Shown: piece by piece, positions 1-9,845 of the stretch
Layout: every line of letters starts with the position of its first letter
How positions within the stretch are numbered: position 1 is the first letter of the stretch
Assembly (NCBI GenBank): GCA_002794465.1
Contig: MTSL01000174.1
Span: forward strand, 74,484 to 106,483
DNA length: 32,000 nucleotides
Reading direction: 5' to 3'
Source of the DNA: Paramicrosporidium saccamoebae KSL3
Taxonomy: Eukaryota > Fungi > Cryptomycota
The notes under the pieces: model-generated
Told to the model about the DNA's origin: nothing
What the model saw: the letters and a program-made list of their open reading frames with translations, nothing else
Database searches by the model: none
Translations under genes and position numbers: made by a program

Positions 1-1
1 T

Positions 2-2125
2 GTGATTGATCCGAATCTGGAAGAGACTAAGCTGGGAGATGGCCAGGACATGTATGGATGGGGAGAAAATGTTCTGTTTGCTCATTCAAAAGGAATCTTG
101 GGTATGAGCGTCAAAAAAACCAATACAAAGAAGGGTATGGTGAATTTCTACTTGATCACTCATTCGTTCCCTAGAACACCAAACGGTATTTGGGAAGAAA
201 ACGGAAAATATCCGATCAAGCGGAGGTATGTCAGCAAACCAGAAGACTTTTTTGGCCATAATATTACTACTCCCCAGAACAAGGCCCAGCATGCAATGTG
301 CATTTCCATGACCCAAGAAGTGAAGCTTAAGAAGGGAGAGATTGTCTTTGATCGTGAACAACTAGATCGGAAATCCATGAATCTCTTTTCTATTCTTAAC
401 GGACTGGACGTCATCGGACCGTCTCTGACTCTGACCAATTACGTTCCCTATTTGGAGAGGTTCAAGGTTTACCATCAACTTTTCAATATTACCATTAAAT
501 GGTTTTCAAGAGACCCGGCAAAGCTAAGACCATTTTTTAACCCCAACGTGGCACGAATCATCCCCCAAGATATGCCCTCAAGCGCAAAGGATAATGAATC
601 TTCTCATGCGTTTCCGCTATGGCCGTCAAGATCACGTGTGAAAATTGTTAATGGAAATAAAGAAAAGACGACAAGCGGAAAGCAAGATGTTAGTCTCCGC
701 AACCCGCAGCAAATTTATGCAACTCGCTGTCAGGCATGGGATGCCTCCGGGCCCCGCCGTGATGCTGGCTGCTACACCTCTGCTCGCCTGACGTCAACAA
801 ACTTTCAGTCACAGATTGTCTTTGATGTTGATTTCAAGAATGCCCTCGTGAAGGCCGACACTGATGATTTTATTGCCGCCAGATTAATTCCAAAAGATGA
901 CCTAAATCTGGCCAAGGATGGAACCGTGCTACCAGCCAAAAAGTACGTATCATTAATGGTGGTCACACAATCATGGTTTGATCACGCTACCCTTGGTTCG
1001 CATCCAAGAGAAATCATTAAAAACGACAAGCTGCAGGTCAAAGTATGGTTTCATAACAATCTCGGTATTCGTTTGCCTTGTAGCACTGTTAAATCCCATA
1101 CTGTCAAACCCGGTAAACCAGTCCTCCAACCCTCAAATGGCCAAGACCATTCCAAATGGTTTGTAACCTATTTGTATGGCCAAACGGGTAATTTTGTTCC
1201 TCTTGCCGGTGTTATGGACCTGAATCGAAATGCAAAAGCCACGCAGCTACAGGGTCGTGAACAGGGTCGTGGTGGAATGATATTCTTCACCACTCACCAA
1301 GCCTTTGTTCGTTTCTTCATGTCTTTCTCTCCAATCCTCGAAGATAACACCAACTTTAGCAACGTTCCCATTGATTTTTTTACTAAGAAGCACTTGCAGG
1401 AGAGTGATAATGAAAAGATGGCTACAGTTACAGAGTTTAGTAAAGAGGGGACTCAAATTACCCTCAAGTTTAAATCTCTTGACAATTTATTCAAGTTTCT
1501 CCTGCCATACTGTGCCATTCCTGATGCCGCAACAGCTCCACTAATTCCAAGAGACGAGATAAGTGGCACGGACAAGAAAAAGACACGAAAAAAATCAAAG
1601 TCAAATTCAGAATCAGGGTCAGACTCAAGGTCAGGATCCGAATCCGGGTCAGAATTAGGGTCAGGATCAGACTCTGAAACAGAACCCAGATCCAAGTTAC
1701 CAAAATTTCTGCTTGGATCACCAGGATTCAGACCGACTCCTTTTACCCCCTCTAGAATGCATAGACCGCCCGAACCCAGAATGACTAAAGACGAGTATGA
1801 TGAGGAGGATGAGGACGGGGACGAGGATGAGGACGAGGACGAGGATGAGGATGAGGATGAGGACGAGGACTCCTCAACTTCCAGTTTTGGTGGCTTAACG
1901 CGAAAGAAACTAACCTTTTCACCGGCTCTAAAGGTACCGATCGGAAGAAAACAACCTGTTCGAAACACTTCAGTAAAACCTAACGCCAAGGCCACAACGA
2001 AAAAACCATCTTACAACGTGACGCCTAAAAAAGTAACTACGCAACCCCCGAGTCATAAAGGCGCTAAAGGCAGTCCAGCGGCTCGAGGCGGTGGATCGAA
2101 GAGTACACGGAAACACAGAAAATGA
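2..2125 (+). CDS. DNASE2: Deoxyribonuclease II family (PLD superfamily) protein, copy 1; 5'-truncated by the window edge; long low-complexity C-terminal tail
   Basis: DNase II motifs in order: AHSKG (83-94), LITHSFPRTP, QHAMCIS, DHSKW (1145-1159), MDLNR..Q..RGGG. Collinear with 2560-5223 at a 2993-nt offset. The tail has a Ser/Gly run, a D/E tract and a Lys-rich end. No introns needed. Confidence 0.85.
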   Translation: MIDPNLEETKLGDGQDMYGWGENVLFAHSKGILGMSVKKTNTKKGMVNFYLITHSFPRTPNGIWEENGKYPIKRRYVSKPEDFFGHNITTPQNKAQHAMCISMTQEVKLKKGEIVFDREQLDRKSMNLFSILNGLDVIGPSLTLTNYVPYLERFKVYHQLFNITIKWFSRDPAKLRPFFNPNVARIIPQDMPSSAKDNESSHAFPLWPSRSRVKIVNGNKEKTTSGKQDVSLRNPQQIYATRCQAWDASGPRRDAGCYTSARLTSTNFQSQIVFDVDFKNALVKADTDDFIAARLIPKDDLNLAKDGTVLPAKKYVSLMVVTQSWFDHATLGSHPREIIKNDKLQVKVWFHNNLGIRLPCSTVKSHTVKPGKPVLQPSNGQDHSKWFVTYLYGQTGNFVPLAGVMDLNRNAKATQLQGREQGRGGMIFFTTHQAFVRFFMSFSPILEDNTNFSNVPIDFFTKKHLQESDNEKMATVTEFSKEGTQITLKFKSLDNLFKFLLPYCAIPDAATAPLIPRDEISGTDKKKTRKKSKSNSESGSDSRSGSESGSELGSGSDSETEPRSKLPKFLLGSPGFRPTPFTPSRMHRPPEPRMTKDEYDEEDEDGDEDEDEDEDEDEDEDEDSSTSSFGGLTRKKLTFSPALKVPIGRKQPVRNTSVKPNAKATTKKPSYNVTPKKVTTQPPSHKGAKGSPAARGGGSKSTRKHRK
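1802..1870 (+). repeat. (GAGGAY)n coding repeat giving a poly-Asp/Glu tract
   Basis: gaggatgaggac... hexamer periodicity, translating to EEDEDGDEDEDEDEDEDEDEDED. Confidence 0.95.
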
Positions 2126-2559
2126 AAGCGTTAGAAATTTACAAAAGAATGTAAATGAGATTCACTTGTGTATAGCTGGTTAACTATGGCTAGTTGGCGT
2201 CATGGACCTGCGGGTTATGATGATCTAGGGTATCTAGTAAGCAGATTTTCGCAGTGTGCTGCACAATTGTCTTTTATCACGAACTGATCATGTAAGACGA
2301 AATCATAGGCCCTCAATGAGAGAACTGCAATCACCGCCTTTCTCGTTTAGTAAGCTATTCCTGTCCGACTAGAGGGCTTGCTTACAAAATTATCGTAAAA
2401 AGTCCCCACTCACACAAATGGCTGTGATCTAATCTGTGAGAATCACTCTGCTGTACAACCATTTTCCGTGACGGCCTTTCCTTATGAGATAAATATAACA
2501 CGCCATAACATCTGACCCGGGTGACCAATCAAAACAGCCTCGCGTTGAGCGACCAGGGT

Positions 2560-5223
2560 ATGTCCCTGTTTACAACATTCGCGCTAGTGTTACTTGTCTG
2601 GCAAGGTTTTACCTGCGCCAAGCGGGAAACCTTTTGCCGTGATCACGAAGGCAATGTGGTGGACTGGTGGGTGCTGTATAAGAGAGCCGGAAGCCTTACA
2701 TATACGTATTTATCATCGAAAGACGGACCGACAACAGACAAGACATTCACCGAGCCGCTCCGGGAAGACCGGTGGGTGACGCATCCGGATACGTCTCCAT
2801 TTCTGCGCACCGTCTATGGTAGTAACCCATATACGGAGGAGGAAAGACGTAAATTAAAGTTAACAGATGCAGAGGACAACCGCATGATACTGGCCTGGAA
2901 CGACCAGCAGCCAAAGGGATCTACCAAGACAGCAAAAGGCCAGCCTCCCCCAGCTGTGAACAAGCGGTCAAAAGAGCACGAGAGCCTTCTAGACGCGATT
3001 GACCCTAATATGCAAGAGACTAAGCTGGGAGACGGTCAGGACATGTATGGGTGGGGCGAAAATGTCCTGTTTGCTCATTCAAAGGGACTCTTGGGCATGA
3101 GCGTCAAAAAGATCGAAAAGAAGAAAGGAGTAGTAAACTTTTACTTGATCACCCACTCGTTCCCTCGAACGCCAAATGGTCTTTGGGAAGAAAGTGGAGA
3201 GTACCCGATCAAGCGGAGATATGTCAGCAAACCAGAAGACTTTTTTGGCCATAATATCACTACTCCCCAGAACAAGGCCCAGCATGCAATGTGCATCTCA
3301 ATGACCCAAGAAGTGAAGCTTAAGAAGGGAGAGATTGTCTTTAAACGAGACAAATTAGACCCGAGTTCTATGAATCTCTTTTCTATTCTTAACGGACTGG
3401 ACGTCATCGGACCGTCGCTGACTCTGACCAATTACGTTCCCAATTTGGAGAGGTTCAAGGTTTACCATCAACTTTTCAATGTTACTGAAACATGGTCTCC
3501 AGAACCTCTGGCAAAGCTAGGAAAAATCCATAATTCCAATGTGGCTCGAATCATCTCCCAGGAGATTTCCCCAACCGCAGAAGGCAATGAATCTTCTCAT
3601 GCATTCCCGCTATGGCCGTCAAACGCACGCGTGAGAATTATTGATGGAAAAATCAAGAAACGAACAAGCGGAGCACAAGATGTCAGTCTCCGCAATCCGC
3701 AGCAGATTTATGCAACTCGCTGCCAGGCATGGGACGCCTCTGGGTCCCGCCGCGATGCTGGTTGCTACACCTCTGCTCTCTTGACGTCAACAAGCTTTCA
3801 GTCACAGATTGTCTTTGATGTTGATTTCAAGAACGCCCTCGTAAAAGCCGACACTGATGACTTTATTGCCGCCAGGTTGATTCCAGATGAAGATTTAAAG
3901 CTTGCCTCTGATGACACCAATGTACCAGCCAAGCAACGTGTGGCGTTGGTAGTGGTCACGCAATCGTGGTTTGACCATGCTACTCTTGGTTCGCATCCGA
4001 GGGAGATTATCAATAATGACAAGTTGCAAGTCAAGGTGTGGTTTCACAACAATCTCAGCGTTCGTTTGCCCCTGGGTACTGTCACAAAGGACGGCAAAGT
4101 GAAAGTTGGGGAAACTGTCCCTCAACTATCAAACAGCCAAGACCACTCCAAGTGGTTTGTGGCCTATTTGTATGGCCAAACGGGAAATTTTATCCCTCTT
4201 GCCGGTGTCATGGATCTGAATCGAAATGGAAAGGCAACACGACTCCAAGGTCGCGAGCAGGGTCGCGGTGGAATGATGTTCTTTACTACCCATCCAGCCT
4301 TTGTTCGCTTCTTCATGGCTCTCTCTCCAATCATTGAGGATAGCTCAAATTTCAGCAATGTTCCTATTGAAATCTTCAAGAAGGTGCATGTGCAGAAGCA
4401 GGAGAAGGTTGCTATGGCAAAAATATCGCAGTTCAATGAGGAGGGAACGGCTGTGATGATGCAGTTCGACAGCTGTCCGACAGTACACATGTTCCAGTTG
4501 CCGTACTGCGCGATCCCCGACAATGCAATCGCCATGATGAACGACAATGCTGACGCAAAAAGCTCCACTGGGGATTCAGATGACTCGAGTGCTATTCAAT
4601 CGCAAGACCCGCCAGTGACATTCCGACTCGGCTCAGTCAAATTCCACCAAACACCCTATACCCCCCCTCGCATGCGCAAAACTGCCGCTCCCAGGACTGT
4701 CCATTTGGAGGAGGATAAGCTACGCGCTTCCTTTACAAAGAGGAATTTGTTGGATGAGTTTTCTCGTTGCAGCGATCCTAAAGACCAACTAATTGCTGTC
4801 GGCCCTAAGGCAACCGCACCCGACGTGGCCATTCCTGCCCCACCATCGCCAGTCAAAGCTTTACCAGACACAAAAGCACCAGTTAAGGGCTCACCAGTCA
4901 AAAGCTCATCCGTTAAAAAATTGCTGGACAGAAAGTTGGCAGTCAACAGATCGCCAATCAAAAACTCGCCAGTCAAAGCGCGCAGAGACGTGATCAATTT
5001 GATCAGCACGTCAGATTCCGATGACTCTGATGACAGTTTCAATAGTTATTCTAGATTGAGTGCTGATTCAGTGTCTCAAGAAAAGAAGAGCGTCAAGGCA
5101 CCCGTCAAAACGACCAGCAGACAAATTACGAGAGGGCAGAATTCAAAGCCTAACAAGATGGTCGCCAGGCGAAACGTTAGACAAGTGCGGAGAAAAACGG
5201 CACCGGTGAAGAATAGGCGTTGA
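2560..5223 (+). CDS. DNASE2: Deoxyribonuclease II family protein, copy 2, with N-terminal signal peptide and basic SP-rich C-terminal tail
   Basis: ATG 2560 gives MSLFTTFALVLLVWQGFTCA (signal-like), then CRDHEGNVVDWWVLYK (typical DNase II N-terminus), AHSKG (3076), THSFPRTP, DHSKW (4141), MDLNR...QGRGG. CCAAT at 2525-2529 upstream. Confidence 0.87.
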   Translation: MSLFTTFALVLLVWQGFTCAKRETFCRDHEGNVVDWWVLYKRAGSLTYTYLSSKDGPTTDKTFTEPLREDRWVTHPDTSPFLRTVYGSNPYTEEERRKLKLTDAEDNRMILAWNDQQPKGSTKTAKGQPPPAVNKRSKEHESLLDAIDPNMQETKLGDGQDMYGWGENVLFAHSKGLLGMSVKKIEKKKGVVNFYLITHSFPRTPNGLWEESGEYPIKRRYVSKPEDFFGHNITTPQNKAQHAMCISMTQEVKLKKGEIVFKRDKLDPSSMNLFSILNGLDVIGPSLTLTNYVPNLERFKVYHQLFNVTETWSPEPLAKLGKIHNSNVARIISQEISPTAEGNESSHAFPLWPSNARVRIIDGKIKKRTSGAQDVSLRNPQQIYATRCQAWDASGSRRDAGCYTSALLTSTSFQSQIVFDVDFKNALVKADTDDFIAARLIPDEDLKLASDDTNVPAKQRVALVVVTQSWFDHATLGSHPREIINNDKLQVKVWFHNNLSVRLPLGTVTKDGKVKVGETVPQLSNSQDHSKWFVAYLYGQTGNFIPLAGVMDLNRNGKATRLQGREQGRGGMMFFTTHPAFVRFFMALSPIIEDSSNFSNVPIEIFKKVHVQKQEKVAMAKISQFNEEGTAVMMQFDSCPTVHMFQLPYCAIPDNAIAMMNDNADAKSSTGDSDDSSAIQSQDPPVTFRLGSVKFHQTPYTPPRMRKTAAPRTVHLEEDKLRASFTKRNLLDEFSRCSDPKDQLIAVGPKATAPDVAIPAPPSPVKALPDTKAPVKGSPVKSSSVKKLLDRKLAVNRSPIKNSPVKARRDVINLISTSDSDDSDDSFNSYSRLSADSVSQEKKSVKAPVKTTSRQITRGQNSKPNKMVARRNVRQVRRKTAPVKNRR

Positions 5224-5300
5224 AAATTGAAAGGATCAAGTGTTCAAGGAACACGTCGCCGCGTCAACGCCCCAAGAGTAGTCGACATATAAACCTCATA

Positions 5301-5353
5301 ATAATTACCGTAACAATCGTCGTATAATTGCCGTAATAGTCATCGTATAATTG
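5301..5353. repeat. 23-bp imperfect tandem repeat (about 2.3 copies) downstream of DNase II copy 2
   Basis: ATAATT recurs at 5301, 5324 and 5347 with similar flanks (ataatt[ag]ccgtaa...tcgt). Confidence 0.75.
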
Positions 5354-5737
5354 ATGCGTTCTGTTCCGTGGTGATACAACGGCCGGTGTACAGGAACTCC
5401 TTATCGAGACACTTCAAGCGAGAGCCGGTTTTATTAAATATCGTCTTCATTTATGGGGCAAGACTCACCATATCAGATCGTAGCGCCCAATGGGAGTTAC
5501 TGGGCCTTAAACATAGCGAGTTGGCTCTCACCATGTCTCAGTAATCATCATAGTAACCTTTCGCAATGAGTAATCTCTCACATTACCATGTCACCCCCAA
5601 TATCACATTTCTTATGATACCACGCCTCCCTCTCATAGTGTCACTCTTTACTCAAATCTCGCAACTATCAACTTCATAATAATGCATTATTTAGTGACCA
5701 TGGGATTGGCGCGCCACCCAATAAACGGACAACTCCG

Positions 5738-6470
5738 ATGCGATACCTCGCGCTTCCCGAACTGGAGCAGTTAAACGCATTGCTTACAAATGTGGACTCG
5801 GATGGCAGTCGCATCACAGGCCGTCTGGAGGCCTACAGCTGTACCGTCATGCACCATCTTGATTGTAGGCAAGGCTGCAGGTGCCGACAAGAAACTGTGG
5901 CGTCATATGGAGAGCAGGTCTGATGACCTGTTGGGCTCCTCGCCGCCCGGACCGAGTGAACAGGGAGTAGGAAAGAAGTTGCTGTATTATTTAGTGGCGA
6001 CGATGAACCAGGTCTTCCCGGATTATGACTTTTCAGACCTCCCGCCCGAGGTGTTTCATGAACTAGCACTCACACAGGTCATGGCGCATGTGAATACAAC
6101 CCTCTTCAATAGCGGCATCACCAAAGGCACAGCGAGCGAGTTTAGTACTAGGATATGGGAACAAATGGATACGGCCATTGGACTGGAAGAGTGCGAGATT
6201 TATTCCTTTGATGGGGCTGATCTTGACACCGAGGATCCCTTTTGGGAGCGAGGCTGCATGTATGCGCCAGAAACTGTTGTGACTATCTAGTTGGTCGTTT
6301 AACTACTTTTTCTGGAACCGAAAACTGAAAAGAATAATGCTTTTCACCTGTCGCGCTGTCAGGTATCCAACCAACTATCTAATCATTGTGATAGCAGTCT
6401 GATGCGCGACTCGGAGCCATTCCTAGCCGACGAACGACTCAGTCAACGATCCATCACCCCCGCCCAATAA
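5738..6470 (+). CDS. MAF1: Maf1, repressor of RNA polymerase III; introns 5841-5868, 6260-6290, 6363-6394
   Basis: Spliced product MRYLALPELE...RITGRLEAYSCKAAGADKKL...LVATMNQVFPDYDFS...IWSFNYFFWNRKLKRIMLF matches the Maf1 signature blocks. The GT-AG introns restore the frame. The last exon is the least certain. Confidence 0.92.
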
Positions 6471-6843
6471 ACATTTTGTATTTAGTGACGATGAGGTTAA
6501 CGTATTGGCCGTCTCGGGTTCAACTGCCATCCCAAATTACAGGTAAAGTGTGATGGTGTAGATTACAGGTAAACTCCAAGTAGATCACAGGCAGAGTACG
6601 GTTCCCCACCCCCGCTCTCCTGACCTATGGAAGACTCGTTAACGGTCCATCGCCCCCGCCCAATAAACATTTTGTATTTAGTGACAATGGGATTAACGTA
6701 TTGGCCGTCTCGGGTTCAAATACAGTCCCAAATTACAGGTAAACTTTAGGTAGATCACAGGTAGAGTACAATTCCCCACCCCCGCTCTCCTGAGCCATGG
6801 AAGACTTGTTAACGGTTCATCACCCCCGCCCACTAAACATTTT
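6422..6843. repeat. Tandem repeat of ~170-197 bp units (2 full + 1 partial)
   Basis: ccatc[ag]cccccgccca[ac]taaacatttt at 6451, 6647 and ~6817; ttggccgtctcgggttcaa at 6505 and 6701; ccccacccccgctctcctga in both full units. Confidence 0.92.
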
Positions 6844-6864
6844 GGAATTAATCTTTTCACAACC

Positions 6865-7265
6865 ATGGAGCTGTCATCAAAGATCAAGGCTATGAAGTTT
6901 ATGAAGAGGAAAGAGGATGCAGACGAGAGGAAAAAGCACGAAACACAGCAGAGGGAGCTTGCTCAAAAGGGACATTGGAAATTGGCCGTCTCAGGTCCAA
7001 CCGCCGTCCCAAAGTAGGGCCAGAGGGTATAGTCTGATAGTGTAGATTCCAGGTAGAGTACGACCCCACACTCTCCAGCGCCTCTGTCGCTGCGGGCAGA
7101 CACTCGTATGGTCAGTTCAATCCCGAGACGGAAAAACTGAATGCAGAGGAAAAGAGCAAATTGGCAAAGAGCAGGGCGGGTGATGGCAAAAGCATCAGCG
7201 ATCGAGACATGGCTGCCTCGCTTCCGAGACGACAGCCTTCTGTAAGTAAACGGCCGCTTGAATAA
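6865..7265 (+). CDS. MPP6: M-phase phosphoprotein 6 / Mpp6-like exosome cofactor; intron 7014-7045
   Basis: Not in the ORF track. Spliced MELSSKIKAMKFMKR...GHWKL...YDP...GRHSYGQFNPETEKL carries the MPP6 family motifs MKFMxR and GRxSxGxFNP. Confidence 0.75.
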
Positions 7266-7290
7266 ATTTTTCCACCAATCACGCGCCGAC

Positions 7291-9534
7291 ATGAGTGAGG
7301 ACAGTGCGATCCTTAGCACTGCCACAACGGGCGACGAAGAGATTGCCCAACTATTTGGCGACATTGACTGGGCGACTGTCAATTTGGGCGAGTTGGAGCA
7401 GCAATGGCGGGCCGAGTTGGCGACTTTGGAAGAAGTTTGTGTCAGCGGTTTCCACTGACCCGCTGTAGGAAAATGTAAAAGCGCTAATGGAGAGCGCGGA
7501 AAAGAGCCATCTGGTGCTGCCGGGACTACTGAGAGCCATTGACGAAGTGTCTCAGGTGGACAGTCTGTTGGCAGAGTACTGTCAAAGCCTGCAGCTGATG
7601 GGCGTGGAGATTCAGCAAATTGAGGAATTAAATCGCGGCCTCAACATCCAAAACAACAACCAGCAGCGCTTGCTGGATGAGCTGGACTCTATTCTGGTAG
7701 ACATCTTCACTAATATTGATGGCTGTAGGACCAAATTAGCCTACCGGAGAATGTATGTCAGTTGTTAGTGACAGGAAGACTTGAGGATGCAGAAAAAGTG
7801 GGCGAGATTGCAGAGGCAGCAATGATGGTGCATTCTTTGGTAAACAGCAAGTTTGAAGATGGACTCGGTTCGATGGCCGCCGTGATGGAACGGATGCAGT
7901 ACTACTCGGCCATTCTGGCAGGCTTTACAGAGCGCTTGTTGAGATTCTTTAATTCGTCCTTTTCCTCCTATGTACACTACCATGACTTGTATTTATTTTA
8001 GCGCGAAAAATATGTAGAGGCAAAACGGGTGGCCAAGAAAATAGTGTTGCGACTGATTGGACTGGATGATCTGGTGCCTTTCTTGCAGGCTTACTCTCCA
8101 CTGATTACTGCACTGCATAGGATTGATGGGAGGCGACACACAGAGGTGGTCACCTCCTACCAAATGGAAATGAGCACCATTTTTCGTCGAGAGACAGCCG
8201 ATCTGCTGGAAGTGTTAAAGAATACGCGATTGATCAAGCGTGGACCCGACGAGAAGAATTATCTGTTCGTGTCACTGAGTGCATCAATGGTGGGAGATAA
8301 AATGTCGTCCATGGGCGAACGACTGATTTCAATGGGACAAAAGACGAGTGGTGCCAACGTCTCTAGTCGGAAATTTTCAACACTTCCCCTTTTCGACCCC
8401 AATGTGCTTCCCGAACTGGAAAGTGGAGAGGGATTACTACCAGACCAAATATTTCACTTGATGATCATGTGCATTGCGTTAGTCATGGACATTCAGCAGT
8501 CAGTGTGTGCACAAATCTTTTATGAGATGCGAGAGGGAGAGGTGGAGTCTGATGAGCGGTTACTGAGAATGGTTGATTCCATGATGATGGCGGCGTTTGC
8601 GTCTGCAGATGAGGTCCTTGGGAGCTTTATTGACTATGTGACCAAGCTGGACAATAGCATCTCTATCGATCTGCTGGTTGTATTGGACATCCGGATCCAG
8701 CAATTGCAGACCCAACTTCCCATTTTTGCAAAGATGCTGACTACGCTCCGAAGAAGACTCGTATCCATAGCCGAAGTGTTTATTGCAGATCAAGTTGCCG
8801 TTATTGAGGCAATGAAGTTTTCCGCCCGGAAGCGATCCGGCATCTTTCCCTTTGTATCACTCTTTCCCACATTTATTACTCGCATGGAAAAGGTTGCCGG
8901 CGACACGCAGGGTCCGACAAGAGAACTGATGAACAAGGGATATGAGCGTCTTACAGCGGCCATCTTTAGGAGCCTGGATGCATTGGCGGCAGAGGCAGAG
9001 CGGAGCGCTGACGAAAAGGAGCGCATCAACGCCAGTGTCATGAACATTCAAAACTCGCACTATTTAGTCAGCCAGTTGGATGCGATCAAAAGTCCGGCTG
9101 TGGAGACGAGTTTGCGACTGGCCCAAAGTCGGTTCGACCATCATTTGTCACTATACTCTTCCCTCTCCCTACATCGTTTCTTCTCCAAACTGCTCGAGTT
9201 CTTTGACGGCATCTCTGCCCAATTGGAAAATACACCACCCGAAGAAGTTGCCTTCCATGCCTCCTACAGCAAAGCCAGTGCAAAGCGGGTCCTGACGGCC
9301 TATCCGGTGCGCGAGGTGCGCAAAAACCTCGAATTAGTTTGGGTGCGAGTGGAGAAGCACTTTGGAGACGACAAGACGGTGCGACAAGTAGTATGGCGGG
9401 CTATCCAAGACTATTTTGTAAAGGACAGCACTCAATTTGCAGAAGCGATCCAGAAAGTATATCCTGGAACCGATGTACAATTGTGCTATTCAGTTGCCGA
9501 TGCCATGGCCTGTTTCAGTGAGATTTCACACTAA
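7291..9534 (+). CDS. SEC3: Exocyst component Sec3; introns 7435-7468, 7697-7728, 7972-8001
   Basis: Four ORF pieces join in frame through GT-AG introns. IQQIEELNRGLNIQNNNQQRLLDEL coiled coil, FLQAYSPL, KRSGIFPFV, NIQNSHYL and KNLELVWVRVEKHF resemble the Sec3 C-terminal region. Confidence 0.85.
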
Positions 9535-9543
9535 GAAAGGACA

Positions 9544-9681
9544 TTTTGGATATCAGCGAGTGTTGGATGTCGGTGAACGTGTCGGTAAGTGTTGAATATT
9601 CGTGAGTTTTGGATATTCGTGAACTTTGGATATTCGTGAATTTTGGATATTAGCGAGTTTTGGATATTAGCGAGTTTTGGG
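9544..9681. repeat. 17-bp minisatellite (TTTTGGATATT-CGTGAA/-AGCGAG), about 7-8 degenerate copies
   Basis: Units read directly: ttttggatatcagcgag, tgttggatgtcggtgaa, tgttgaatattcgtgag, ttttggatattcgtgaa, ctttggatattcgtgaa, ttttggatattagcgag x2. Confidence 0.93.
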
Positions 9682-9702
9682 TAGTAAGCCTCCGTAGCGC
9701 GA

Positions 9703-9777
9703 TTACACAACACTACATGGCGAAAACCCACGTAACAACTTTACACAACAATACATAGCGGAGACCCACGTAACAAC
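9703..9777. repeat. 38-bp-period direct repeat (2 copies)
   Basis: ttacacaacactacatggcgaaaacccacgtaacaac versus ttacacaacaatacatagcggagacccacgtaacaac. Confidence 0.85.
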
Positions 9778-9845
9778 CCCCCATAACAACTCTCTATAAT
9801 AAAATCCACATGTCAGTCCCCTATATAACAAAGAGACAAGTTTAC

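Noticed and set aside
2-5223. DNase ORFs as bacterial PLD-nuclease defence genes or viral/mobile cargo
   Set aside because: Motif order matches the DNase II family, there is a signal peptide, and no mobile-element or prokaryotic signals flank the genes. Horizontal origin cannot be excluded without a phylogeny.
9544-9777. Regularly spaced repeats as a CRISPR array
   Set aside because: Units are contiguous or nearly so, with no unique spacers; the context is eukaryotic and there are no cas genes.
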